Source: Mobula hypostoma (taxonomy: Eukaryota). From it: DNA of 64,000 nt. The stretch covers positions 14,384,001 to 14,448,000 of the forward strand of contig NC_086108.1 in NCBI RefSeq assembly GCF_963921235.1, given 5' to 3'. Position numbers and translations under genes: made by a program. The notes beneath the pieces were generated by a model, which was not told the origin of the DNA, did no database searches, and saw only the letters and a list, made by a program, of their open reading frames with translations. Shown here piece after piece: positions 1-11,689 of the stretch. Position 1 is the first letter of the stretch. Every line of letters begins with the position of its first letter.

Positions 1-1690
1 GCACAGGTGCACCACAAGGCTCTGTGCTTAGCCCCCTGCTCTACTTGCTTTGTACTTATGACAATGAGGCTAAGTACACTTCTACGCCATATTTAAGTTT
101 GCTGATGACACCAGTGTTGCTGGCCAAGTGAAAGGAAGGTGGTGACGAATCAGCGTATAGGAGGAAGATTGAAAATCTGGCTGAGTGGTGCCACAACAGG
201 ATCTCACTCAACATCAGTAAGACCATTTGACTTCAGGAGGAGAAAACCGAAGGTCCATGTTATCGTCCTCATCGGGGGATCAGAGGTGGAGAGGGTCAGC
301 AACTTTAAATTCCTCTGTGTTATCATTTCAGAGCATCTGTCCTGAGCCCATTACAAAGAAAGTATTGCAAAGATTCAACATGACTTTAAAACTTTGACAA
401 ACTTCTATAGATGCATGGTGGAGAATATATTGGTTGTATCATGGCCTTGTATGGAAATGCCAAAGCCCTTGAACTGAAAATCCTACAAAATGTAGTGGAT
501 ACAGCCTTCTCCATCATGGAGCACATCTATACAGTGTGCTATTTCAGGAAAGCATCATCCATCTTCAGGGACACCCACCACCCAGGCCAAGTTTGAGTTC
601 AAGTTCAGGTTTAATGCTCATTCAACCAGACATGAATACAGCCAAACAAAACAGTGTTACTCCAGGGCCAAGGTGCAAAACACAGTACTGATCATCACAT
701 ACAGCACAAGCTTCAGTAAAATACAATCACACAAAAAATACTGTATAGTCCATTACTGTATGGACCCTGTCCATGAATTTTGTAGAAATCTAGTCAATCA
801 GCTGAGCAAACATAGTGCGGGGGGGGGGGAGGGCGGGGTGCTGGGGCAGCACTGACTTCAGCTTAGACACAGCACCACACCGCCTCTGGTGGAGCGCACC
901 ATCTCCAACGCCTCTCTCCTGGGCAGCTGTAAATAGATGACACCACAGCTTGAGACCTAGTTGTCACTATGACCAAGGCCACGCAGCTCCCCTGGTGTCC
1001 ACCAATAAAACAGTGAATCAGACTTGCAGCATTCCACATTGACTATGTCCAACAGGGTCTTGCAATTACAAGGAAAGTGACTAAGACGATTACTCGCTGT
1101 TAGACTGCACACCGCCTTCGTGCAGTGACTCCAGTGGTGCCTCTCTGACGCAGACAGCAGCTCCTTTGCCATCGAACAACTCACTGATTTGCGGTACTTT
1201 AATATCTTAATCTCCAGCAGGGTGTTGTGATCGTGAGAAAGTACGTTTAAAAAGGACAGTATCACCTTTGATTGGCTCCATAGAAGCTGCTACCGTCAAA
1301 CACGGCACCATCTCTCTTCTTGCTGCTGCCATTAGGAAGGTGGTACAGGAGCCTCAGGACCCACACCACCAGGTTCAGAACAGTTACTACTCCCCAACCA
1401 TCAGGCCCTTGAACCACAGGGGATAACTTCACTTACCCCACCATTGAAATGTTCCCACACCCTTGGACTTACTTTCAAGGACTCTTCATCTCATGTTCTT
1501 GATTTTTAATGCTTATTTATGTATTTTATTTTGTATTTGCACAGATTGTTGTCCTTTGCATAGGGGTGGTTTGCCCATCCTGTTGCGTTCGATCTTTCAT
1601 TGATTCTACTGTTTTTCTTGGATTTAGCATGTACGTATGCCCACAAGAAAATAAATCATCTATGTACTTCGATAATAAGTTTACTTTGAA
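1..1690 (+). mobile_element. Degraded 3' part of a Rex1/Babar-like LINE, interrupted at ~590-1312 by another insertion
   Basis: RT remnants PQGSVLSPLLY, FKFADDTSV, GSEVERVSNFKFL; matches the better copy at 21296-23395; 3' end AATAAAG...tactttga near 1675-1690. Confidence 0.7.
590..1312 (-). mobile_element. Probable non-autonomous LINE-derived element
   Basis: Splits the host Rex1-like sequence at cccaggcca/ccatct. On the minus strand it starts AGATGGTGCCG (AAGATGGCG-like LINE 5' motif) and ends in a (TTGAAC)n-like tail at ~592-610. Confidence 0.45.
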
Positions 1691-2585
1691 ATTTGGTGTA
1701 GTGCAGGGAGTGGTGCTGGATTCCTAATGTTTATTGTATATTTTAACAATTTGAACGTGAATGCAAGTTGTTGGTGATGAATTCATGGGTTACAGGATGA
1801 TAATGACCTGCTGGTCAAACAGGCAGAGCAATGGACAGTGATATCTAACCCTGATAAGGTGGAAACAAAAGCACACAGGATACTTGCCTTCTTTAGCTGG
1901 GTCACCAAAGGATAAGAGCAGGGACATTTGGTTAGAACTGTATTAAATATTGGTTTGGCCACAGTAGGAAATACAGTTCTGTTTGCTAGAGTATAGATAA
2001 ATATGAAAATGTAACTACAGAGGGTGCTGAGAAGATTCACCAGGATGTTGCCTGGAATGGAGGGTACAGGGAGATGTGATAGACATGATACAAAATTATG
2101 GGGATGTTGAATGGAGGAAATCTTTCCCTGTAGCTGGTGTGTCTAAACAGGTGAATATAGTTCTATGGTAAGTACAGAGGTTCTGAGGAAGTACTTTTTC
2201 ACACAGATAATGGGATTTGGGAATACCCTGGCCTGAGAATGTGGTGGAGGCAGATGCTTCCTCAGGAGTTAAGAAAGATCTCAATGAACACTTGGGTCAC
2301 CAAGGCAAAGAAGGCTGCTAAATAGAAGTAGTCCTGATGGGTACTCAGAATCAACATGATGGGCAGCAAGACTTGACTCTTTATTCTATAGAAATATGAC
2401 AAAGGGAATATCTCTGATAGGGTTGGACCAACATTGACATGCTGATAAGCTGTTGATAGATAGTGGCAGTCAGAGAAGTCAGAAAAAGTTAGGAGCTGAT
2501 GTTCTTCCTGAGACCATGAGGGAGGACAACTGGGATCGGTAAGAGGCGCACATAATCTGACTTTCTTTGTTTTCCTTCTCTATAG

Positions 2586-2738
2586 GTTTGCAGATTGTGT
2601 TGAAGTCCATCATGAAAGCAATGGTCCCTCTGCTGCAGATTGGCCTGCTCCTCTTCTTTGCCATCCTCATGTTTGCCATCATTGGCCTGGAGTTCTACTA
2701 TGGTAAACTGCACCGTACCTGCTATACAGATGACGCCG
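2586..2738 (+). CDS. CACNA1E: Cav2-family calcium channel alpha-1 subunit, internal coding exon (IS4-S5 linker end, IS5, start of extracellular loop); equivalent to exon 5 of CACNA1E
   Basis: Pyrimidine tract and acceptor ttttccttctctatag|G at 2585/2586; donor GCCG|gtaagt at 2738/2739; 153 nt, phase 1-1. Encodes [54 protein letters not shown] and GKLHR match recalled Cav2.3; Cav2.1/2.2 have LQVV and GKFH. Confidence 0.93.
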
Positions 2739-5117
2739 GTAAGTGTCATTAGGAAATACCTTGGGCTGCATTAGTCTGGCAGATCCTTTGACCAGTCGGC
2801 ATTCAAGAGTGCTGTAGTCTGCTTCCATTATGAAGGAATGTTTGGCCAATCCCAATTCATGAGAGTCCAGGGCCAAACAGTGAAGGAGCATGTGGCCTAT
2901 CCTGTGGAATGGGTCTTCTTGCCAAATGTAGACTTAAAATACAGTTCATTTGGAAGGGTCCATGCTTACCCTGTGGCCAAATATACTAGGATTGGAACAA
3001 GGGATATACAGAGTGACCAAGCAGTCAAAATCTATCAGGCATGTGTAAGGCTGAAACGTTGACAACACTGAGCTCTACAGTATCTTCAGGAGAGGCTTTC
3101 TGATTTGCGGGATGGTACTTGATGAAGTAATGCTCTTGGACACGGTGATTGTCAGTGCTAATTCACATCTTGGTCAGAACCATTGCCAAAGGATACATTT
3201 TTATGCATTTCTGACAGATTTCCACTACTCAGACTTAGCTTGAGAAGAGCAGCAGGGTATTCTGCTTCACTTTGGGTTTCAACGTGGCACATGATTGACC
3301 CATTATTTTGCTACAATATTCTTTCCTTTTATTGAGGTGACATTTGTGAATGATTACCAACCTATGTATCAATCCTTCAGATTCAGATGGATTTGTTTAT
3401 TTTGTTTTATTTTCTCACTATTATGTTGTCTCTGTTTTCTCTCTCAAACCAGTATTCCTTTCTGTGGAGTCTGCCCTCCGGATCATTGGAAGTTTGGGGC
3501 ATGGGGGGGGGGTGGGAGTGGCCTGATAGAAGTTTATAAAACAATGAGAGGAATTGATAGACAGCTAGTATCTTTCTCCCAGGGTCAAAATGTCTCATAC
3601 TAGAGGGCATGCTTTTAAGTGGAAAGCGGGGATGTTCAAAGGAGATAGACGGCATTTTTTTTTTACCTGGAGAGGGTGAGTGCCTGGAACGTGCTGCCTG
3701 GATAGGTTGGTAGCAGATACGACAGAGATATTTAAGAGGCTTTAGATGGACACATGAATGTATGATATGGGACAGGCTAGCATTGATAGTCTTTCCCAAA
3801 TTGCTCTTATCTAACTTCTTGAACCACTACTGTTTGGGAAGTGTTGTTGGAGGAGCCTGGAGTAACTGCAGTGCTTTTAGGAGCTGGTACACACTGTAAA
3901 CCTCTACACTGGTGGTGGACCGAATGAATATGTTGGTGCCAGAAATGTAAGTCAAATAAGCTGCATGATCCTCACTCAAAGCTCCTTGAGTGTTTCTGCT
4001 TTTGCACTCCTGTAGATAACTGGACTGTATTCTATTGTACTCCTGACTCATGCCTCGTAGATTAAGTGAGGAGATGAGCCATTTCCTGATCATTGACTCC
4101 CTCACTCTCAGGTGCTGCTGCTGTGATGTCCTGGAGCTAGATTGTTGACCACCAACAACCAGAACTATCTTCCTTTGCATGAGTTATGACTTCAACTGTT
4201 AGAGAGTTTTCTCCTCAACACTCATTTACCAGGAGAGTTTTCTCCTCAACACTCATTGACTGCAGCTGCTGGAATTTGGAGCAGAAAACAAACTGCAGGA
4301 ACAGGTCAAGCAAAGTCTGGTAGACAGATAGTCAACCTTTCAGGTTAGACTGAAGGTGGCCTCCTTTACACTATCAGCTAGACCCTGAATTGTTGAACCG
4401 GTGACTTTTTTAATCTGTGACGTTCAATTCCCCACAAGGTTGAGCCTTGTCCAGTGAGTCAGGACAGAAGAAATATGGGAGTCACTAGTAAGACCTGATT
4501 TATTTCCATTCATAGTTGAAGGCAGTGGAAGTGAGCCATGCACTTGAACCACTGCCAATGATGCTATTAGCAAGGATGTTTCAGGATTTAGACCCAGTAG
4601 GGAAGGACCAGTGATGTTTCCAAGTCAGGATGGGTGTGGCTTGGATACAAACCTACTAGAGGTGGTGTTCTCCAATGCCTTTTGCCCTTGTGTTTCGTAG
4701 CAGCGGAGGTCTCAGATTTAGGAGTTGCTGTCAGAGTAGTGATGATGAAGCCCGCACAAATTGGCGATGTTGTGGACTGCATAGACTACTGAAGAATACA
4801 GTGGGATATAAATCATTTGTAGGTGTGGACAGGTGTGAGATGTTGCACTTTGGGAGATAAAACATGAAAGGGCAGTACACAGTTAATGGCAGGTAGACAT
4901 TTAATGGCATACCCTAACAGTGCTGATGAATAGAGGTATTGATAGGGTGGTAAAGCAGGCTTACGGCTCGTCTTCATTAATCTAGGCAATGGTTTCAAAA
5001 GCCAGGAAATCATGTCACAGCTTTATAAAACTGGATGGGCCACATTGCATTCAGTTCTAGTCACCACGTTAAAGGAGAGATGTGGAGGCTTTGGAGAGGA
5101 TGCAGAGTCACACCTTT

Positions 5118-5600
5118 GTTCACTAGGTTAATTCCTGGGATGTCCGGACTGTCTTACGCAGAGGTTAGAGAGACTGGGCTTGTACACGCTGGAATTAAGG
5201 AGATTGAGGGGGGATCTGATTGAGACATATAAGATTATTAAGGGATTGGACAAGATAGAGGCAGGAAATATGTTCCAGATGCTGGGAGAGTCCAGTACCA
5301 GAGGGCACGGTTTAAGAATAAGGGGTAGGTCATTTAGGACAGAGTTGAGGAGGAACTTCTTCTCCCAGAGAGTTGTGGAGGTGTGGAACGCGCTGCCTCA
5401 GAAGGCAGTGGAGGCCATTTCTCTGGCTGCTTTCAAGAAGGAGCTAGATAGGTATCTTATGGATAGGGGAATCAAGGGTTATGGGGACAAGGCAGGAACC
5501 GGGTATTGATAGTAGATGATCAACCATGATCTCAGAATGGCGGTGCAGGCTCGAAGGGCCGAATGGTCTACTTCTGCACCTATTGTCTGTTGCCTATTGT
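5118..5600 (+). mobile_element. CR1 LINE 3' fragment
   Basis: ORF 5180-5509 LELRRLRGDLIETYKIIKGLD...TRGHGLRIRGRSF...FFSQRVVEVWNALP is the CR1 ORF2 C-terminus, followed by a CR1 3' UTR. Confidence 0.85.
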
Positions 5601-6569
5601 CATTGGGTTTTGGTGGGGTCATGTGCCCTTATGAAAGTGGGGAATTTAAAAATCTTAAAGCAAGCCACAATAGCACATTCAGTGCAAAGGTGTTTATGGT
5701 ATGCCAGAGATGGAAAACTTTTAGAAAAAGTGCAGAAATATTTACAGTGCAAAAAAATAGCAAAAATGACAAAAGAGAAAATGCAGATTATATACCATCA
5801 GATCTTTATGACTGTAGTTCATTGAGGATATCAGTCCAAACCCACCCTTACACCAAAATGAGCCTTTAAATAAGGATCTCCTTGTTCCAGGAGAAGAGGG
5901 ATGGTCCATTCTTTGGAATGCGGGTGAGTGGTTATCCTAAGTATAAACAATTACGCAAATACCAAAACACAGGATTTCACATCCTTCTTCACAATCACAG
6001 ATGTCCACAAATGCATTCATCACGATAAGATCGCAATGACATTGCGCAACAAAACCAATCAATAACTAACCATTTTCCAGGAGTCGGCACTCTTTCACAT
6101 CCCCCAAAACGAACTCTTCCGCTGAGCATGTGGCACCCCCACCACAAACAGGCACCTCACCCATCAGTCAGGTCTCCTCTCCGAAACTGCAAGCAGCAAC
6201 AAACAGGATGTGTCAAAGAGTGTCACTGTCCTGGAGTGTGCAAATACAAACAAGAGTGTCTATGCTGCATATTCACCAGTGTGTGTACCTGATAAGTGCA
6301 ATGTCAGCACTACCAGACAGGGATAATGAGAATTACAGGGCGACTGGGGTGGAGGGAGGAAGACTGGCTCTTTTACTGTTCATGGACTGTTTCTCCCACT
6401 ACCTTCAGGAAGGAGGTTATGTAGCATCCACACCTGTCTCAAAAACAGTTCCTTCCTCCAATCAGTAAGGGTGATAACTCCTTTACCCAATAACCCACCC
6501 CTCCACCGTCCCCACCTTCACTACTAGATCACTTCCTGTCAGAGTCACTATATATGTGCAAGGAGTGGG

Positions 6570-9500
6570 TCGATGTGTGTGTAAGAGGGATTAAGGCTTG
6601 GTCAGTGCTGTACATTAAGTATTGATCAGACTGAGTTGGAGTATTGTGAGCAGTTTTGGCCCCTTATCTAAGCAAAGATGTGCTGGCATTGGAGAGGGTC
6701 AGAAGAAGCTTCTTGAAAATGATTCCGGGAATGAAAGTGTTAACACATGAAGAGCACTTGATGGCCCTGGGCCTGTACTCAATGGAGTTCAGAAGAATGA
6801 AGGGGGATCTCATTGAACCCTATTGAATATTGCAAATATTGAGATGTCTGGATGGAGTGGATTTAAGGAGGATGTTTCCTATGATGGGTGAGTCTAGGAC
6901 CTTGCGAGCACAGCCTCGGAATGCGTTGGCATCCATTTGGAAGGTTCGTTAGTGCTTAACGGGGGGAGGGGAGGTAAACTAGGTAAACTAGGGAATGGGA
7001 ACAGGTAGTGGGGAGATTGTGGAGACAGATGTTGGTAAGACCTCAGACAAAGTCAGGAATCAAAAGATTGAGCATGGTGCAACTAATGTTCTGAGCTGTG
7101 TATATTTCAATGCAAGTAGTATTGTAGGAAAGGCAGATGAGCTCGGGGCATGGATCAACACATGGAATTATGATATTGCAGCCATTAGTGAGACTTGGTT
7201 GCAGGAGGGGCAGGACTGGCAGCTCAATATTCCTGGATTCTGTTCTTTAGATGCAAGAGAGAAGGAGGGATTAAAAGGGGGAGAGCTGGCAGTACATAGT
7301 GAAAATGTCAGAGCAGTGCTCTGTCAGGACCGACTGGAGAACTTGTCTAGTGAGGCTTTATGGGTGGAACTGAGGAATAAGAAAGGTCAGACCACTTTAA
7401 TGAGGCTCGATATAGACCACCCAACAGTCCGTGGTATTTAGAGGAACAAATTTGTAGAGAGATCGCAGACTGATCCAAGAAACATAAGGTTGTTATAGTA
7501 GGTGATTTCAACTTTCCACATATTGACTGGGAATCCCATACTGTAAATGGACTAGATGGGATAGAGTTTGTCTAATGTGTTCAGGAAAGTTCCCTTAATC
7601 AGTACATAGAAGTCCCAATGAGAGAGCAATACTGGATCTGCAGTTAGAGAATAAGACAGGGCAGGTGACAGAAGTTTGTGTTGGGGAACACTTTGCATTG
7701 TTACGTACCCTGTAACTGGGTTGCCAAACCAGCAGAAATGGACCATGTGTTGGAGTCTGGTTTAACAGAAACTAATAAAGTTTTATTAAAGAAATAAGTA
7801 ACACAGTACTCTAATCGTAAGGATGTAAATGCAATAGGTTAGCAATGATAATACACACGTATACACAGAACTAGGGTAATAGGAATCAATCAAGCTCTAT
7901 CGCAGTCTAGGGGTAAAATGATCAGTCTCAAGTGATGCAGAGTTCAGTTCAGCTTAGTACAGTTCGCAGTAATCGCTGTTGTGCCATTGGAGAGAGAGAA
8001 AGAATGCAAATTTTGATTCAAACAGACCTTTGATGTTCTTCGCAGTTAGCTTTTGGGTGAACCCTTTTATGTCTTCTGTGGTCACCGACTGTGACCCCTC
8101 CGTTCCGGATACGACTGTTCTTCTGCGGTGAACCCAGCACCCAAGCAAGGGCGGACACACACAGCAGGTTCCTGTCGATCGTCCCTTTTCACCCTGTCAG
8201 TTTATGGTCAGTTCCCTCGAACCAGACCTCCAACTCCCACCAACTTGTGGGAGCACACCGCTCTTCCAGGGTCTCGTTAACTCGTGATCTCGTGGTGTGT
8301 GTCGTGCCTTAGCGAACCTGTTCTTTTTATCCCCCTGCTGGGGTATCGCCTGTCCATCAAACTTTAAACAGTTCAGGTTCAAAGCAACCGGTCTGTCAAT
8401 ATTCTGAAATGTGTTTCTTTCTCGTTAATCTCTCTCTTCTCTCTTATTAGCATTTTGAATGTTTCTCCATTGTCTCACTTATCTCTCTCTCATTAGCATC
8501 AATCTTCTGATAACTTGGTTTTTCGTCACAGCATGTAGTGATCATAATGCCATTAGCTTTGAAGTAAATATGCAAAAAGATAGGTCTGGTCCATGGGTTG
8601 AGATTCTAAATTGGAGGAAGTCCAATTTTGATGGTATCAGGAAGGATCTGACGAGTGTGGATTGGGATAGGCTGTTTTCTGGAGATGTACCTGGTAAGTG
8701 GGAGGCCTTCAAAAGTGAAATTTTGAGTATAAAGCTTTTATGTGTCTGTCAGAATAAAAGGTAAAGATATCAGGTTTAGGAAACCAGGGGCCGTTTTTAA
8801 ATTATTTTCATAATCTTTGACTTCTCGATAAAATACAAAAGTTGGTTAATAGCATACTTTATTATCTGATACGGTTTTTTTTCTTTTTTTCCCAAACAGC
8901 TTCGACTTTGGTAGTGGGTATAGATCTTTTTTTTAATAAAATTGTTTATATTCTAATATACAAATTAATCTAATTTATATGAATATAGAGTAAGGAGTTC
9001 GTTAATGTGATTCAGTATACTGTATCTGGTATTATTATATTTTTTCTTTTGTTTTATAATATGTATTCTCTTGGACTCTGTATTCTTCTATATAGAAATC
9101 AATAAAAATATTGAAAAAGGAAAGGAAAGGAGACTTTGGTTTTCAAGGGATATCGAAGCCCTGGTTAAGAGAAAAAAGGAGGTGCATAGCAGTTATAGGC
9201 AAGTAGGAACAAATGAGGTGCTTATGGAGCGTAAGAAATGCAAAAGAACACTTAAGAAAGAAATCAGGAGTGCTAAAAGAAAACATGAGGTTGCCCTAGC
9301 AGACAAAGTGAAGGGGAATCCTAAGGGATTCTACAGATATGTTAAGAGCAAAAGGATTACAAGGGACAAAATTGGTCCTCTGGAATATCATAATGGTCAT
9401 TATGCGTGGAGCCAAAAGAGATGGAGGAGATTTTAAATGATCTTTTGCATCTTTATTTACTTAGTAGATGAACACAAAGCCTATTGAAAGAGGCAGAGTA

Positions 9501-9705
9501 ATAGCGAGATCTTGGGCCCTATACAGATTACAGAGGAAAAGGCTTTTGCTGCTGAGGCAAATTAGGGTGGATAAATCCCCAGTGCCTGACAAGGTGTTCT
9601 CTTGACCCTATCGGAGGCAATTGCAGGGACTCTAGCAGAAAGATTTAAATCATCTTAGTGACTGGTGTGGTAGCGGAGGATTGAAGGATAGCTAATATTG
9701 TTCCA
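6570..9705 (+). mobile_element. Degraded CR1 LINE segments (RT 3' piece, APE endonuclease, linker), interrupted by a solo LTR and an AT-rich LINE tail
   Basis: APE motifs YFNASSIVGKADEL...ISETWL (ORF 6995-7441), GDFNFPHIDW and SDHN; NPKGFYRYVKSKR (ORF 9071-9436). Confidence 0.8.
7699..8530. mobile_element. Solo LTR (832 bp, probably Gypsy-type)
   Basis: Termini TGTTACG...CGTCACA with 4-bp TSD gcat (7695-7698, 8531-8534). Removing it restores the CR1 sequence GEHFA(C)SDHN. Confidence 0.85.
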
Positions 9706-9748
9706 TGGTGCCCTGTGTGCTTTGTAAATGGTGAAAGGGCATTACAAT

Positions 9749-10374
9749 TGTAGGGTTCTCAGTAATATTAACTGTAATGTTAACTGTTAAGGCTAACAAA
9801 ACGGCTTCTATGTAGTGTTTTAATGAAATAGCTTCTCTGTAATGTTAACTGATGAGGTAATGGTTCTCTGTAGTTGCAATGTTTGGGTTATAACTACAGA
9901 TAACGGGGGTTCTAACCAATGAAAGACCTGTGATGCTATCTTGTATGGTGGGAACCGGGGAGAGTTCGCGGTCTTTTTCGGTGAGGCGAGTGAAGAGGAA
10001 GGACGAGTGCGGGAGCGTTCGGCAGTCCCAGGACGGCGGATGCCAGAATTCGACGGTTCAGAGATTGTTGGAGGTTTGGAGGTCATTTATGGACAAACGA
10101 GGGAAGCGTGAGCTCCAACAAATTATTTTGTGCATAGAACTGATAAATTTTTTGGGTAGCGCCTTTTATTTTATTTGTTTCTACTAACCACATCACAAAA
10201 TAAGAGTTATGAAGTGTAATTATTTAATCGCATATTGTGTACTATCTGCTGTTTTACATTGTGGGTTTGTACTGAGGTGCATTACACAGCATCTACGCCA
10301 ACATGAGACACAGTTGGGCGGGCAGACGGCAGTTTCTGCTAGACGAACGTGGGTTGATAAGGTCGAGTGTTACA
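9749..10374. mobile_element. Solo LTR (626 bp)
   Basis: Termini TGTAG...GTTACA with 4-bp TSD caat (9745-9748, 10375-10378); internal repeats of tgtaatgttaactg; relatively CpG-rich. Confidence 0.7.
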
Positions 10375-11246
10375 CAATGTTAGGAAGTAAATTGGTTATG
10401 AAAGGACCTTTTCCTGTAGCCACAGGATTTGCATGGGTGCTCAAGTTCAGTGGTAATGCAATTGGATGTCAAGTTTGGTGTATGGTAAAAATCCTCATTG
10501 CTTTGCCCTTTTGTGGCTTCTTATTAGTCCACAGCTGAATATTGCCCAGGTCTTGCTTGCAAGAAGCCAAGGACTACATCACAGGCTGTGAAGTTACAAA
10601 TGGAATTATAGATCGTGCATACATTCACACTTGCAACTTTATGACGAAGCAGCTGAAGGTGATTGGGTCCAAGACACTGCTCTGAGGAACTCTGGAAGTG
10701 ATATCTCGGTGCTGGGGTGATTGACTTCCAATAACCACAACCTTTGTGTAAGGTTGTAATTGCATCAATATGTTAGACCCAGGATAGATCTTCAGAGATG
10801 TTGATGCACAGGAACTTGAAACTACTCACCCTGTCCGTTGACTTCCCCTTCCTGAAGTCCACAGTCAATTCCTTGGCGTTGAGTGCAAGGTTGTTTTTAT
10901 GACACTATTCAACCAGCTGATCTGGTTTACTCCTGTATGCTTCCTTGACACCATCTGATATCCTGCCAACAATAGTGTCACTGGCAAATTTATAGATGGC
11001 GTTTGAGCTGCGCCTAGCCACACAGTTGTGGGTTTAGGGAGAGTAGAGGAGTGGGTTAAGCATGCATCCTTAAGGTGTAGCAGTGTTGATTGTCAGCGAG
11101 GAGATCTGTGGTCTCCTGATGAGGAAGCCAATGATCTAGTTGAAGAGGGAGGTGCAAAAGCCCAGGTTTTGGAGCTCGTTGATTAGAACTGAGGATATGA
11201 TTTTGTTGAACGTTGAGCAGTAATCGATAAACAGGAGCATGTCATA

Positions 11247-11615
11247 CAATACTATGCAGAAGTCTTAGGCACCCTAGGTTTTTATGATTTCAGATGGTCT
11301 GGCTTCCACAGGGCTCTGATCTCATCATCATCGAGGCTGTCTGGAATTACTTGGAGAGACAAAAGAAAGCCAAAGTCTGCCGAAGAACTGTGGCAAGTTC
11401 CCCAAGATGCTTGGAACAACCTACCAGCCAATTTTCTTATAAAACTGCACAATATTGTAGTTTTAAAGGCAAAAGGTGGTCACATCAAATATTTTTTTTA
11501 CTGTATACTGTTCTTCATAGTAATTTCTTGATATTTAGAAACTTCATTATTTTTGAAAGCAACTTTGCTTTAAAGTTTTTTGTTTACATGTGCCTTTGAC
11601 TTTTGCACAGTACTG
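11247..11615 (+). mobile_element. Internally deleted Tc1-family DNA transposon
   Basis: TA flanks (11245-46, 11616-17); imperfect TIRs caatactatgcagaagtcttaggcac / gtgcctttgacttttgcacagtactg; remnant WLPQGSDLIIIEAVWNYL of the Tc1 WPPQSPDLNPIE motif. Confidence 0.8.
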
Positions 11616-11689
11616 TAGTTATTGCTGTTGTTCAGGTGATCCAAGACCAATCTGGAGCTAACTGATTCGAGTGAAATCCAGACTGGGCA

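Noticed and set aside
818..846. G-rich tract as a functional G-quadruplex (also ~3502, ~21245, ~49860)
   Set aside because: Low-complexity homopolymer tracts inside degraded repeats with no supporting evidence.
2489..2749. Minus-strand ORFs over the first exon, and the unspliced ends of ORF 2567-2752
   Set aside because: Antisense shadows of coding sequence; splice sites limit the real exon to 2586-2738.
4201..4258. ~25-bp direct repeat gagagttttctcctcaacactcatt as a CRISPR-like array
   Set aside because: Only two copies with a few nucleotides between them in eukaryotic DNA; a local tandem duplication.
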